Shown: piece by piece, positions 1 through 16,600 of the stretch
Numbering within the stretch: the first letter of the stretch is position 1
Layout: each line of letters starts with the position of its first letter
NCBI GenBank assembly: GCA_030141605.1
Contig: JAQGDQ010000007.1
Coordinates: forward strand, 1,351,173 to 1,415,172
Length of the DNA stretch: 64,000 bases
Direction: 5' to 3'
From: Tubiluchus corallicola
Lineage: Eukaryota; Animalia; Priapulida
The notes under the pieces: model-generated
The model's input: only the letters and a program-made list of their open reading frames with translations
Told to the model about the DNA's origin: nothing
Database searches by the model: none
Made by a program: the position numbers and the translations under genes

Positions 1-1465
1 TGGATGTCACAAAAGGGACACAAATGTACATTAGTTATGACACAAACCAGCCGCAATAATGTTTTGAAAACCAGATATAAATGCCTAAAAATTGACAGCA
101 GTACACCACTTGAAAATTCTGTCTGCAACTGAACATTCTAAGCAATTTTGTGGTGATTAATATCATAAAAGTTTAAATATTGTGACATTATCCCTCCATA
201 CATTCATGCTTTTGCAAACTAAGTCTCCAACTTCATCTTAATCTCACACTCTCCCAGACATCAAGGTTTTGACAAAATGGTTTGCCATGGCAAATCTACT
301 GCTTGTAATGTCAGAGTGAAAAGCAATGCTGAAAAACACCTGCTTAACGATCCTGACTACACTTTAAACTCAAATAAATATACCAGTCTGTTTTCAGGTA
401 ATGTTTGAGAAAACAAACTCGGAAAACGAACTTTCAGCTTCATGCAGATGCCTCAGCATTAACATAAATAAATCATTCATTCAACATTTTGAACAACTAC
501 TTTTGCAGCATCTAAATGTATTATCATCCATTTTCTTCAGTATCTACACATATCTACATCTACTTTGTGTAACATCTTCTTTGATAAGAGAAATTAAAAT
601 CTTCCTTGAAATGCATGCCAAAGCTGAGGTTATGTTAAATATATAAGCAAAAGTACGCTGAATTGTTACAGCTCAGATGGCCACTTCTTTCCATGAACAA
701 TTATAAGCTATTGTTAAATAAAATTGTTTATAAAAATATTTATATTATTTTTTATTTTTGCAAATACCTATAAAAAATTATCAGACAATTATCAATTTAG
801 TATTATATGTACTATTATAGCTGACAAAAATTTAAGTTTGTCATAGTTATCTTTTCTAGGAAAAATATGTCAGTGGGAGTAATAGTACTAGTGCTTATTT
901 AGCCTTAATATTTTTTACTTATAGGTTAAGTGACCTGACAAATACCTAGCAAGCAGAACCATAAAATATGGATGTCGGTAATTAGTTTGGCAATTTTTCC
1001 CTTTCAATAACTATATCAGCATTTATTGTCTATTGCTGGTCTTTTATTGGTTTTTTAAATGCTAAATGCTGTAAGTATCTACTAGACCACTTTGCTGCTA
1101 GATGGTGCCACATTTTTGTTAGCTGCGTGCCATCGCGTCCTCCAGACGGCAGTGTCAAGAAAAAATATTCCAATTTTAATTATTAACACTTACTTAGGAC
1201 ACTATTATAAATTTTTGATGCTTTTTGTTTTGTATATTGTCATTAGTTTTAAAAAATTTCATTCATTTCGTTCAAGTGTCATTGAAAATGACTAAAATTT
1301 CGTTCGTTCCATTCGAATAGCTATTGAATAGCAGTGGTTGGTACCATGTACCAAACACAGCATTCACTAATCACACTGAACTGTAAACAATGAATACAGG
1401 AACTTCTGAAGGAACATAGGCAATGATAATATTTTTAATACAGCATCACAATATAGCAAAAATAC

Positions 1466-1672
1466 CTCAGGTAGGGACTGAATAAATGTATGAATATTAG
1501 CACTTCTGGCTGCGGCTATTATTTCATCCATGAGAACATTTCGCTCGTTATCTCCATAGCTAATGTTCTCCGCAATCGTAGCATCAAACAAAACTGGTTC
1601 TTGGCTGACAATGCCAAGTTGTTGTCGAAGCCATTGAATGTTCAGATTTTTTATATCTTTCCCATCAATCAT
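1466..1672 (-). CDS. ABCB1: ABCB1 exon, NBD2 Q-loop (last exon in window)
   Basis: [30 protein letters not shown]|GTATTT. Confidence 0.97.
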
Positions 1673-4600
1673 CTAGTTAAAGTTAAATATCATTAGCAAA
1701 AATAGCTAGCCTAGATTATGATGAATCAAAGACTCGATTGACCGTTGCTACCTTTCACTGCTTTGAAATTTTTTGGAGGTTTTCTTCCCCTTTATTTATA
1801 AAAACTAACCTCTAAATATTTGTGAAAAAACCATCAAATTGGAAACTGTGGTAACTTTCCTGGCCATTTTTTAATTATTAATAATTTCATTTTTGCTCAT
1901 TTGAAGAAAATTATTACAGTGTATATTAGTTATTGGAAGAAAATTATTACTTAGCTTATCCAAAATTTACAAGTTCCAAAGTTTCCAAGAATTTGTTTCT
2001 GTTCACATTAACAAAGATGGGCTGATATGCCTTTAGTTGCATAAAACCAATTATACAAATAATAAGCAATTACATACAAACAGTGCAGTGTTCTGAAGAT
2101 TAACTGTCAATTCACAAAGATTTTTGCAAGGTTTCATGGCTTCCTAGATACATCCTTCTTCAAGCTTATTCTAAGTTATAGACTGGGAGTCTGGGACTAA
2201 AAATGACATATTTACCCGATATTTAACTAAACAATACTAGAGTTTACATCCTTTACAACATATGCAGCTCACCACTTGCCCTTCTAGAGGGTCATAAAAC
2301 CTCTCCAACAGCTGCACAGTAGTACTCTTTCCACAGCCACTACTACCAACTAAAGCCACCATTTGTGACGGATCAATAGTCAAGTCAAATCCAACAAGCA
2401 CTGGCACATCTGGGCGTGATGGATAGTTAAAGTTGACTGACTTAAACTGTATTCTCCCAATACAAGTACTCTAAAACAATGAACAGTGAACATTCAGCAT
2501 TCGAGTTCATAAACATTGTTACAGTAAAAAAATATGTAAAATTGCAATACAGTTCTGAAAAAAATAAGGTCAACAGTTTCACACGCACTGTACTGCAAGT
2601 ATCCGATGATCGTTAACAAGTTGCACTAGCGGCTCAAGCATATTGAATAGCATTAAATTTTCACAAAAAATAATCTATACAAGGAAGTAATACATTGTCA
2701 TTTAGACAAACAAGCTTTCTTATTATCTCTTCAAAGGTGTAATCCTTGAAACTTTGATAAAAACTTCATTGGTGTTTTCCTTTCAAATAAGATTAATGAA
2801 AAAAACTTGGGCAGAAATGTTTATTAGAAAATACGATCCTGAAAAGATTCAACAAAAAGCACCATTTCCATTTCCTTTTCAATCCATTTACTAACCTGGC
2901 TCAGCATTACTTAACTTTGGTTGCAAAACATATGCTATGGCCATTTTCCTTTTCACAAAATGTCAAAAAGTTACTTCTTTTATACTGATGATCAATTGTA
3001 CAGCTTACAGGTTTTTCACCATCAGGAGATGAACTATCAATCAATGGAACTCGGTCAAATAAATGCAAGACTCTCTGTGAAGAAGTTTTAGCTTTGGCAA
3101 AGTCCGGTGCAAAGCTGCTGGCCTGACCCAGTGACATTGCTCCAAACACAATAGCAGAAAATACTCTAAAAGCATTAAAATAAATTATGATACAGAACTT
3201 ATCAGGCAGTCTCATTTATGGCACGAATTTAATTTGCTCTGTGCATGTTGGCAAAATAGACAACAAAACTAAATTTTTGTTTTTAGTTTAAAAAAAATCA
3301 TTGTTTAAATCAAATAAAAGAATACTTATTTGTACAAATCATCTAAACTATTTTTGATAATCTATTTGAAAGCACTTACTGACTAAAAATATAAGCAAGG
3401 AAATAACAAAGCATGCTTATCAGCTCTACATAAAATTGGCCATACGTCTTGACAAGTAGTTAACAGCTGTTAACTGTTTCAAAAAATGCCATTTCAGATT
3501 TTTGAAAGAATGGGTATTCCTCCATTCCTTTTTAATCAACAAGTTATCAGCATGAAGTCTGTTTCAGGATTTTAACTTACCAAGAGAAGCATCAAAAACA
3601 ACATATTTTATTTTTAGGATGATTTTCAGGAAAAAACTCACCAATTTCTGCACAACTCTGGATGCAAACTTCAAACACTTGTATGTATGTGCAAAGTATT
3701 TGTAAAATTTAAGCCACTCACTTGAAAACCTTTTCGTAGTCTAAACCCTTCTCTTCGATTAGCACTGCACCATAGTAGAAGCAAGCAGAATATGCAAAGA
3801 AGATGATACCCTGTGAAAAGCTGAATGCTATACCGTACAAATGACATCGGATCATTGAATTCCTGTTGGTTCAAAATAGCTTTATTGTAGAATGAATTAG
3901 CTTGCCAAATGCTTAAAGAACGGGTATTGCACTGTTACGACATTAACAAGGCTGAAAACTTTTTGAAATTTTAACAAATCAATGCCTTACAAAACAGCCC
4001 AACAATTTTTATAATCACATAAAACAAACTATATAAATGAAAAGATCAGAAAGTACAAGTGTATCAAAAATTAGGTAGACCACAATAAAAATACATTCTC
4101 CTACTTTCCAGAAACTGCCATAACAACATAAGTATGACATTATTGCCTAACTAATTTCCAGAACATACTAGGAAAAGAAAACTTGGCATTCGTGGCATAC
4201 AAGCTTAATTAGTTCAAACAACTGCTTTAGAATTCCTCAGCTTCGCTTTAGAAGACCCGGAATTAATCCTCGGCCCAACAACAACAACAACAACAACAAC
4301 AACACGCGCACGCACGAGCACGCACATGCACACACACACACACCCTACCTCACCGAAATGAAAAAAATGTAAAACAAATCTTTGCTTTCACATGTTGATC
4401 ATCAATACAAAGATTATATATCTAAATGGAATATGAAGCCTTGACGTGTCCCTACTGTGTTCTACCTGTCATCAAACCAATCATGACAAAAATGAAAAGT
4501 GCAAAAAAAAATCTTCTTAATTTTGATACAACTACATACTTAAATGGAATACGAAGACTTGAAGAATACTGATTGACAAAATGCTTCTCCTTCGACAATG

Positions 4601-7600
4601 ATGCCACTGTTCTGATGTTATCTATTCCTTCTGTAGCCACCTTTAAAATAATTGTTCATACATTAAAATCACAAGTAAATGAGCAAGGAAATAAATGAAA
4701 ATTTAATTGTGTTTATTATGAGCTTCAATAAATGGACTTTGGCACAAATGTGTCATAAGAAAAAGAAAAATCTGAACTTTCTTGAGAACTCCATTTATAA
4801 AAAATCAACACAACCGAAAAACAAGGAAAAAGAAAGAACACAACATTTCAAATTCGCACTGTAGTTTTTTCAGAACAAAAACGTGACCACAGTAAGCACT
4901 TGTGATTTTTTGCTCTTTTTGGCCATTTTTGCTCACCCGAAGAATTGCAATGCTAGTTTGAAACATTGTGTTCTTTCTTTTTTCCTTGTTTTTAATTGTG
5001 GGACGTTTTATTTCATTCTACTATTCTTGTTCTCAAAAATTGTTATCTGCGTTATGAGAGCTTCAAGCTTACACGTCCACTGTTCTCTAATGCATCCTTA
5101 TCAAGATGCGCATTTCCTGCCAACATTTTCATCTGTAGTACACCACCAAGCATTATAAAAGGTGTGAAAGCCAGAATGACCAGCGTGAGTTGCCAGCTAT
5201 TAGAAAAAGCTATAGCTAATCCACATGCAATACTAGCAAATCCGTTTAGCGTGGATCCGAGTCGTGCTCCTGTTGCCTGAAAATATAAAAATAAGCATCA
5301 TATCTTCATACAGAAGGCATTATTACTGTGCCTACAATGTTAATGGCTGTTCTCTTATATTAAGAATAATGACCGAATCGTATATATGCCTGTAATGTGA
5401 CATCACTTCATTATAGTATAAACCTGCACAGAATGTTGGGTGATTATAGTGGAGCAGTAATTACAAAAGTAGCCGACTCAAAAGTCATTGATTTACAATA
5501 TTTCATAACAACAAATTGTTAAACTGAACACTTATAAATTACTTCAGGTTTGCACATCATTTCTCACATTAAAGCGAAATCTAGAAATTCTGACACAAAA
5601 CTCCAACATAATGAATTATACCATGTCATCTAAAAAGATCAAACATTCTTAGAATTAAAATTTCCTTCACCTCCAGTTTAAAATTTGTCAGAACAATTAA
5701 ACAAAATTTACCCCTGAAACCTACCAAACAATACATCTTAAGGCAAAACACAACACATAAGCGTTACTTACATAGCTACTTGTCAAAAAGGCACCGAAAA
5801 AGTAATAGCCATACTGGAAGTTAAGAATAAGTTTCAAATGGTGACACAAAACAAGAACAGCTTATGAAGCTGATCTCCAGGACAGCAAACACCATGAAAA
5901 CATATTATTAATGACACAATGTTTCTTAAAAAAAACCAACCCCCTGAACATTAGACGCATCAGTAGCAAGACGAGTCATGAGTGCCCCCACTGTATTCTT
6001 CCTGTCATCAAACCAACCAATCTCTTGTCTTAGCATTGATGTGAAGCCCATATAACGTAATCTCTTAGTCAAGCTTTCTCCAGATATGCCAAAGAAATAC
6101 ACCTATTTTTAAAAAGTTAAGAAATTAAGTATTTAAGCAACGGCATCGACAAAGTCTTCTTAAAGAAAGAAAGAACTTTAATAGTATAATGAAATAACCC
6201 AATTTCAATTGATTTATAATGCTACAAATACACTACAATGACTAAAAATAGTTGAAGAATCAGAAGCATAATTCCTAGAAAGCAACACTGTTTTGCTCAA
6301 TGAAGAATGTTTACAAACATAATTTAAACATTAGCTGATTAGAAAATATGTATTTGATAAGAGCAAAGGAAATTTGAGAATCTACTATTAAATACAGGAA
6401 ATGTCCAAGTATTTCATTTTTTACCTGTAAAAACATAGTGGCTCCAGCTGCAATTCCAACGAGGAGAAAAAGAAGTGCATACCAATTGGACTCTTTTTCT
6501 TGCTCCTCTAGGTCTATGATTGAAAACACCTAACACATTAAAAATGCAGTTGATTTACTTCACTTTTCACATGATAAGCACCAAACGACTTTTCACCATA
6601 AAACAACTGTTCTGTGAATCCTGTAACAGAATGCCATCAACACAAAATGTGCTACTAGTTAAAAATGAAACATTAATGTTTGCATAAACAATCATCAGTC
6701 ATACCCCAAGCACTTCTGCAAAAAGGACAGCAAATATAGGCATAATAGTTCCATTAGCCATCGCACAGAATGTTCCCACAGCGATGAATGGCCACTCAGG
6801 AGAGTTCAACTTCATCAGACGTAGTGTACTTGGAGGAGGGAGATCCGACACATCATCCTGTGGAGAAAAGTGAAATTCTCTTAATGCAGAGTGCAAAAGC
6901 TTAAAATTTTGAAAACATTTACTGCTGTCATGCCTGAAGTCAGGTGTGAAGTCAGATCAGAACTGGACTCAATCTTAAACTGTATGTCAAAACAATCTAC
7001 TCTATGAAATATTGAAAGAGAACACAGTATTTTTTCAAGAATGGCATGTGTCATTGACTTCTTCACTTAATTTAAGAAAATCTGAATTTTTTTTAAACTT
7101 GCCGAGTTTTAGTACAACACACTGAATCTCTTCAATCTTCCCTTTCATAAACACATGCAACACGCTCGTTGAATATTTTTGCTGTTGAAAATTATGTTCG
7201 TTTGTGATGTCATCAATAGTTAATTAATTAATGCCATTAATTAAGATTTTAATCTATTTTTTAACTATCAGTAACACTTTTTCAGTATTACTGGTGTGAA
7301 AATGTATACTTTTTACTATTCTTAAAAATGGGATAGTATAAGAAAAATCAACCTGTCTTCCTTTAAACATCTCTCTAAAAAGACAAAAATGCATCTCAAT
7401 CGTAACTTATCGGACAGGTGTAATTATTAGCAATTTATACATGTAAAATCATCTATGTGATAAACAGGTAACTAAAAGACAATAAAACCATGAAATAAAC
7501 TCATGCCTTTCTACTCATTACATGCAAACTGCTTAATGCTTGTAAAAATTTGTGTCCTGCTTATTATCCTGCTGCAGTACAAAATACTTGCATTTTCTGC

Positions 7601-10600
7601 ATTTGCAAACCATAACAGCTTTTCAGAATGTACAATTTTGTACAAACAGACAAAAACAATGCTGTAATAACATCTGCATCAATTAAGTGGACATTATGCA
7701 AATTAAGCTTGATATACCAGTTAAAACCACAAACCATCTGAAGCTATGAAGCTGAAATTAGAAAGCCATTTTGCAATAGATATTCACTTATGAATATCAA
7801 ATTTATTGTAATACCCAGTATAAAACATTAAATTATAGTTTAAGGACGAACAGAATGCTAAAAAATCATCAGCAAAAAACTGAAGGCTTTCTCATAACTT
7901 TTCACTATAGAAAATAACGTTCAACTTCTGTGCAAGTTCAACTGATATTTTCTGTCATATTATGGCACACTAAGTTTGTTTACAATAAAAAGATAGGCAA
8001 ACAAACTAGCACATTGGAGCAGATCGATCTCTAGCCGATAATGCTCTAATATCTGCAATAGGAACGTGGATGTTAAAAGTTTCTCCTGAAATAAATTTTC
8101 ACTTTGACTACACCTAAAATAAACTTTGATTGAGCCTTCTGTTATTAGCACAAAATGAATGGTAACAAGCACTTATGGTCATTAGTTTATGCAGTTTCTT
8201 CAAAAGGTCTATTTCATTTTCACCATGCCATTTACATACAAGTGCCACAACTTTTAAGTGCTGACTGAGCCATAAAACGTACGAGTTTGACTAAAACAGG
8301 TGTTTCATACATGTAAAATGCAAATATTTTCAAGTTCAAGCTCTGTGCCTGTGAGGTTGTTACCAAACTATCACATGTTTCTTTCGCATCTGCAATTTTA
8401 CATGAAACATCTTTACCAGTTATTTTTTTCACCGTGAAGTGTTTTTTGATGTGCGTTTAAAAGCCCAAATTGCTGTCGGGACTGAAATATGTTGTTGAGT
8501 AAATTATACGAAGCTGACCCTAGCAAATGATAAACTAAAGGTATTAATAATAAAACAGAAGCTATAAACACAAAACTAGTATACAACTAGTACTTTACTG
8601 AAGGACAAAAATGTCATAATTATAACTGTAAAAGAAGTCAATAAGCGTCTTATTTAAAAGCTAATGTCATAATTATATCGTATTTTGACTTCTCACAGTC
8701 ACAACATAATTACTGTTGCAGCAATTCTAATACCAACATATCAGCTTGGGTCTGAAATCGGATCGGATCGGCCAACAGCAATAGGTAAAAATAATCGGTA
8801 TCGGATCGTAACACAGATTCCCATATCGGCACATCTCTGGTTTAGTCTAGTCTAGTCTAATCTAATGCAATCAATGCTGAACATATAAGATGAATTTTAC
8901 TCAATCAATGTTTACCTCATCAACTTCAGGAGCTGCAGGTTTATCCGATCCTATTGATGTTACTGACATTCCACGAGAAATCTGTCGACTTAACACTCTT
9001 TTTACAGACACATGGCTCTCAGAACGAGTTTTAGGAGAACCAGAAAGATCAGTATATGATATAACGGCTGCTTCATTCTCTTCAATGTCTTCCAAACCTT
9101 CGCTCTTAAAAAAATTAAATCAACCTCAGAAAAATTCTGAATTAGTAAAGCTGCACAGAATACAGACCATAAAGTTTTGAAGTAAAGTTCAACTCAAATG
9201 ACACAAAAACAACAACGTCCAGAAAAGCAGCAATTTGTGTAAAGTCCCTCGACCAAAAATTATGTGGATGGTTTCAATAAAAATTTTCAGTTACTAGCTT
9301 ACCTGTGCCATTACTAAGTGATAGTAGACTCCACCCTTTTTCATTAGTTCTGCATGACTACCTTCCTCAACTGACACACCCAATTCAATAGGCACAATCT
9401 TGTCAGCATTTTTAATGGTTGAAAGTCGATGAGCTATCACAACTGTAGTGCGCCCCAATCGTGCCTGTAAAACACAAGTTTGGATCAAACCCACCATACC
9501 AACTAAGGCCCTGGCAACTACTAATCAGAACAGAGCTGATAACACATAACTCTGAATGGTACAGAATCGACTTTTTAGTGGATTGTTAAAATGCCTTACA
9601 TTATCCAATGCTGCTTGCACAGTAGCTTCACTCTCTGTATCTAATGCTGATGTGGCTTCATCTAGCAGTAATATCCGAGGATTACGAACAAGAGCTCTAG
9701 CTATAGCAATTCTTTGCTTCTGACCACCAGACAGTTGTGCACCTCTCTCTCCGACTAGGGTGTTGTATTTCTAAATAAACCACAACAAATGTTAATATCA
9801 GTTATGAAGACACACTGTGTAAAATTTTGATTGTTTACATAGCTGCACACTATTATGTACACCCCAATTACTTGCAGAATCAAGTTAACATTTCGTCAGT
9901 CAGAATCAAAGCACAATCTAAGTACTGTAAATTTGAGCCAAAGGGCGAAGGCTGCTATATGTAAACATGACAAGCTAAATTCAGTTTTAGGCAAATCCAA
10001 AGGGATTTGTGTGCTGTTTTTAATAAAGCACTACCAACACAACTTAATAGTAATAATAAAAGTCAATTGTCAGCTAAATTGGTATAGTTCAACTTTTCAT
10101 TCATGCCACAAGTTTTTGAATGCAAAAGCGACTTTTTGACACAAAGGCAGACAAAATAAAACCTGAAATTAGTGTACATGACAACAAATCCTTTCTTAAT
10201 AACACAAGAGGCAAACCACGGAAAGTTTTCTCTTTTAGATATTTTATAATCTGATGATTTTAGGATGAAGAAAATGATACCTGTGGCAACTTCATAATGA
10301 AGTTGTGAGCATTTGCCTCCCGGGCTGCATCCTCTATCTGAGTTTGCGAAACTCCATCACGTCCATAGCGAATATTCTCTCCAATCGTAGTGCCAAACAA
10401 TACAGGCTCTTGGCTGACGATTCCAATATTATCTCTTAACCATTTTACGTTCAGTGTTTTTATATCTCGCCCATCCAACATCACCTATAACATGATGGCC
10501 AGTTATGACATTGCAACAAAACCATGAAAAAATCATGAACTTTCTAAAGTTTGAGAAATCCTTTGACAATCATTTGCATTACATCTGTATGTCAGCAGCC

Positions 10601-13600
10601 CATCAACTGCTGAGGGTGCCCATCAACTGCTGAGGGATTTCCAGGTTTCCAAACAGCTCTTTATATTAGAATGAAAGATATAGCTAAACAATGCTTCATT
10701 GTAAAAAGGCCAAAATAAAATATCAGCAATAAATGACTCAAATTTGATGAAACTCACAATAGCAATAATAAAGACTCTGATTGTATAATAGTAAAAGTAA
10801 CAATACCGAACCATTGATGGTGTCATACAATCGTTGTATGAGTTGCACAACTGTACTTTTTCCACAACCACTTGGACCTACCAGTGCCACGGTTTGTCCA
10901 TTCTCAACTCTCAAATTCAGACCTTTCAGCACCTGAGGCACAAAATAAAATTTGTAGTTTAAAGTTTCATTTTCTCAATAACTCTCAACCCAATAATAGC
11001 AAAAGGGTTGTGCAAAAATTAAAAAAATGAAACCAAACCAAATCCAAACTGAAACTTTCTAAATATTGTAATGGAAATTTTGCAAGCATCTGAAGTAAAT
11101 TTACAATTGCACAATGTCGGTCTGAGCCATTTTAAAGGCTCATCATAAATGCAAATGGACTGACTTGCCAAAACGTGAATTAGCTGTGTTCAATCTACTA
11201 TAATAATGAAATTATGGGGTCTTTACAAAGTAAACCGTGGACTGAAACTGTGGCTCAGTGGTCAACTGGGCTTGGTTTTTGCACATCCCTAATTAGTAAT
11301 GTACAGGTAGTTAAAAACAGTACAATGGCATACTGATGCACAAGTCATGACATAAAATCACAAAAATGGTAAATCGAATGCTAACAGGAAATATTTTGAA
11401 CTTCTAAAGGAAATATTTTGAGCGAAGAAAGCTTTAACAACTAACCTTTACATCAGGCCTAGACGGATACTGAAAATGCACATCCTTAAATTCAATATTC
11501 CCTACAATATTGGAAGGTTTTTCACCTGATGTAGATTGTGAATCTATGACTGGAACCTATAAATAATAACACTGCCATTATAACTACTAATGAATTAAAA
11601 AATATATCACTGTCAGCAAAGCAACATTCATCACATGCAGTATACTTAACCTAAATAATACTTTTGAATGTTGATAAGCTAAATCACTTATGAGACTGCT
11701 CAGTCATTGTTAAAATGACATGAATTAGCTTAAACTATAGACATTTGCACACGCACTCTATAAATTTTGACATTAAGGAATGCATTAGTCTCAACAGACA
11801 TCATTTTGATTTTTGGGAGACAATACAATATACATTTCTAAAACCACAAAAATACTGCCAACAACATCATTCTGGTAACTGGGAATATTAGTTACAACAT
11901 AAAAATACTTGCAACAAAAGTCATTAATAAATTAATGATTCACAAGACAATCACAACATCTTTGCAACTCAAGATATTACAGCAAGCCCTGCAAATATAG
12001 TCATAACACTTTAATCATGTCTCAGTGAGTATATGTGGTCAGTATAAGAGAGAACTTTTGTAAATGAAAAATAATTTGTAATAAAGTGGTAATAAAAATA
12101 TCCTATATGAAATGGTATGACAATACAGATCAGTAAGCACTACCTGAATGACTTATCAAGAAGGAACATAAAGTTGCAAGAATTGTCTCACAGATGAGTT
12201 AAAAAAGTGAAGTACATAATTATTTTGAAATATTTTTGAATGACAAAAATCAGCTCCAACTGACACTCTTTAACTTAAAACTTTGATTTGCCCACCCATA
12301 ATTATCACCACACCACATATCGGGTATCTGGGGCTATTATACGAAGAAAAAATGAAATTGCTTAGAAATTACCATACTGGATTAACCATAGGAATGTGCA
12401 TAAATGCCAGAAGTCATTCCCTTAGATTCTTTTAAAGAAACAGAAATTTAAATCAGCAAGTCAAAAAAACAAATGCCATAAAATATTTTGTATATCTCCA
12501 TTGTTAAAATTACAAGTGCTCACATGTCCATCATTTTCAATGCAAACTAGATGAAGGCATTTTTTTCCAACAGCCGATATACCTATTACTTCTTTATGGA
12601 ATATCTAGTTCCAGCACTTAACAATTTTTGCTTTCAATTTTTCTGTATCAAACATCTCTGTGCAACTTTGGGTACACTCTCTTTCAGGAATTTCAGATAC
12701 CACAGTCCAGAGGATTAAGTCCCATTTTTTCCTAACAACTTGACAATAAATCTTTATTGGTGTGTTATCTTTTGTGGTGAAAACCAAGATGTAAACTGTT
12801 TAATTTCTTTGTTGTTTTGCTGCAATTTATTGAATGCTTTATACATGAATGTGATTGTTTTTTCAATTGATGAATAGCTGATATTGTGCATTTAAATTTT
12901 TAACATACAAAAGCTTTTCGGCTACAACTTAAACTTAAACATCGCTAAAGCCAGTGGTTCCCAAAGTAGGGGTAAATTACCCCCCGGGGGTAATATGGTT
13001 TTTTTGGGGGGGTAACGGGCACCCCTCCGAAAATTTTTAAAACTTCGCTCGGAATGCATTTTACGTAGTTTTCTTCCAAAACAATACAACAACAACACCT
13101 GGAAATTTATTTATGTCACGAGCAAACATAAATAATTTTGCTTGCTTGTGGCATATACGTGTGTTTGCTTTTTGAGTTGGAGATGTAGTACTAGGTGGGG
13201 GGTAATGGACACGACCGGGTTTCCCGATTTGGGTAACGGTCCGAGAAAGTTTGGAAACCACTGGCTAAAGCCAAAAATATGTAGCTCTCACAGGCAAAAG
13301 TTAATGTATTGTAACACCATGAAATTTCAACTTTTTAAGGCACTTGCTTCTAATGTTATTGCAGTCTCAACATTGGCCCATTTCTTCTGTGCCACCAAAA
13401 ATATCTTAACTACTTCTCTAACATTGCAATTAGAAAATCAGGAAACTTGTCTAATTTATCAGCCACAAAACTTAAGTATTTAAAAACAATTTAGATTAAT
13501 TTATTAAGCTTCAAAATGGTAAATCTGGAAAACAGAAAATGTAAATTTCTGGAAATAACTTAACACACCGTGTCTATTATCTCATACACTTTTGAAGCTG

Positions 13601-16600
13601 CACCTCGTGCATTAGCAAAATCTGACAACGGAGCTGCTGCATGGCCCATGGCAAATGCGCCTATCATGACAGCAAAGAATACCTGAAAAATTACAGTTAG
13701 TTTATTAAACTATAAAATAGGTTGCAAATGAGGCAAAAGAAAAATGAAGCTATTTTAAATTAGCTCACTAATTTTCAAAATCATAACATGGTTTACAAAA
13801 TTCAGTTTCACGTACATTACAAAAACTAACAAAAATATAACTCCTCGGTGATTTTAATCAGATTGATAAATCCAGCATGAGAGAACAATCTGACACTATT
13901 CTTCTGTCAATGAATTTGTCATCTTTCACAAAATGAGCAAGTTAACTTTATACCGTCATAAGTGTACCAGCTGTGTATTCCGGATCTTCTCTTACAAGTC
14001 TGGAACCATACCAAAACGCCAAAGAGTAAACGCAGAAAATAAGCATCCATGTTAAGCCAAGCCCTGTTCCAGTAGTTAACCCTTTCTGTATTCCAATCTT
14101 CTTTGCATCAGCTAAATTTTTTTCATATCTGCATCCAGAAAGCAGAAAACATGTTGAATTTATATACTTACAACAGTATAGTATACATTTAAAAATAATT
14201 ACTTTCAGCACAGCATGATAAAACGAAGTCAATTTTGCAAGGCATTACAAATGTAGGCCAATTTCTTATGAATGGTAGGACAACAAGGTTATCAAGTGTA
14301 CATAGTCAAAGCAGAATTTTGTAAAATCACGTATTTCATTTAATAATGTGTCTAATTTCGGCATTTTATTAAAGAAACACAAAACAAAGACAGCAATGGC
14401 ACCTCAGGAGCTTAACCATACTGCTGGCTAATCTTCAACGAGGTAAATGACATTACATGTATATATATATTCCTTAATTGTTCAAAGGCGTTAAGCTTTT
14501 CTCATCCAGAAACAGATTTTTTTGTAATAAATTTACAGGGATATATTGAAATTATACAAGAGAGAAAGTCTAATATGCATTTCTGTCTTTTTCTGAAAAT
14601 GCAAGTAAAGCCTGCATATAGGTCTTGATGTAATAATTTCATTAATTTATAGTCAGAATCATTTTAACAAAATTTAGCATTTCCTTTACCTGTGTCAAAT
14701 CCAGATTATTAAAACAAGAAAATGCTCTTTTTTATAAGTTTCAGATTAGAAAGCCTCTTTCATAATATTTTGTTACTTCTTTTAACCATCTATTACTTTT
14801 AAAGATAGTCTTAATTACTACTACTTTACTAATTAATACAACATTATCTACCATGCCAATATGGCACATCATCTCAAAGAAGTTTGCATGCCGAAGCAGA
14901 TCAGGCTACAGTTAGACAAGGTGTCAAAAACATCTTTAGAACGAATGTACCATATGGTCCTTGCTTTGCTTAAAGTTTCTTACACATAGTAATAGTGCTT
15001 TAAAAAAAGTATAAAATTTTGAGACAAGAGTACTTAGTTAAGCATCTACTTGTAAATAAAACATCCTAAATAATTTATCTAAGAAGCTATGTAGCACCAT
15101 AGGTTTTTCGAAAATACGAGTGAAAATATATATTCACCCACCTTTCAGCTTCTTTGCGTTCTCCACCAAATGCTACAACAGTTCTTATTGACATGAACAC
15201 TTCTTCTGCTATTGCTCCAGCTTTCGCATAAGCGCTTAACTCTCTACTAGTCATTTCAGTAGCAAGCTGAAAACATGAAAAACCATAAAAACTGGAAGTC
15301 TCACTTATTAGACATACCTAATAAACATGGCATTATTATAAACCATTCAATGTACCTGAGATTTTTTTAATTGCTACAAAAAGCCGCACTTGTACAAAAC
15401 TAACCAACTGATGGCTTCAGAGTAGTTCATTGAAATTTTGAACTTGGCGGCAACTGTATAATAAAAAAGAAAAGCAATAATAGCTTCTATTGCTAACCCG
15501 CAATGCATAGTTACAACTCTAAATTAATTACAAGTTGACCTATGAATTGTAGCTTTTTGTTTCCTGCAAAATCAGCTGAACTAGAGACTTGTCAGCCAGA
15601 CGACAGACATGCTTCTTTCACCTTTTGCTTTAAACTTACTTGCACGTGGCTTTATATAAGTACCCATTCACAGATATTTAATTACCTAATGAGTTTTTCA
15701 CTCAACCTACGAATTTGTCAATGCGCTTTACTCAATAAATCATGATTTCGTATTAAATATTTCCTTCAAAATAAATCGTGCGAACAATTTTCATTAAGCC
15801 TTAGTCTACTAATATTATCCTTCTTTTATCTAGCAGCCCACAAAACCTTTGCAATGAATTTATTAATAATAAGAACACTTTTATTTGTAGCAAAAATTTG
15901 CTTATATTGAATACAATTGTAACTTCTTATCTGATGCCACCTACTATCTCCCATCCTCAAGAAATAAAAAAGTATTGGAGTAAAAATACAATATCGACAG
16001 AAAATAATTACATTTGCTAAAACTTCATAAGACGTAATTTCAATAAACATTCAACAAAAATTCAAGTAAACCATTTCAAACACGTTGTGGTCAGGTACAC
16101 GACTTATCACTTTGACCATACAAATTACACATAATCACACTGTTGTTTGACATAGTGATATGTATAAGTACACAAACAAACTATATTTTCGTACATGTTA
16201 ACTACAATGCATTTGTTATATGATATGTGTAAAATAACAATAATAATTTAAAGGCAGAAATATTTTTTGTCTTTCCTGACACATACAACACAATAAATTT
16301 CATTTTACAAAATTGCAATCAGCTTGTGAACTCAACAGTAGTACTATAATCTAATAAAGAGCATCTGAACTTCTATCCCTGCATTTTTTAACTGGGATGG
16401 CCCGTAAATTCAATCAAGAGTGTTGATGTTCAGAAGTTAAAATATTACAAAGATAACCACTGAAATCATACCTTAGACATGAAGCCAGCTGCAATAGCAA
16501 GTAAAGGACTGACTGAGATAATGACCAGACTAAGCTTCCACCCCTTGACAAAGCCAATTATAAATCCTGTTAGACAACAGGTAGTCCATTGTACAAATAT

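Noticed and set aside
1-1465. Final ABCB1 exons or separate genes (ORFs 401-646, 1092-1295)
   Set aside because: No LSGGQ/DEATS-coding sequence found; the ORFs are AT-rich noise in an intron
10598-10637. 21-bp direct repeat GCCCATCAACTGCTGAGGG x2
   Set aside because: Simple local duplication in an intron; no further structure
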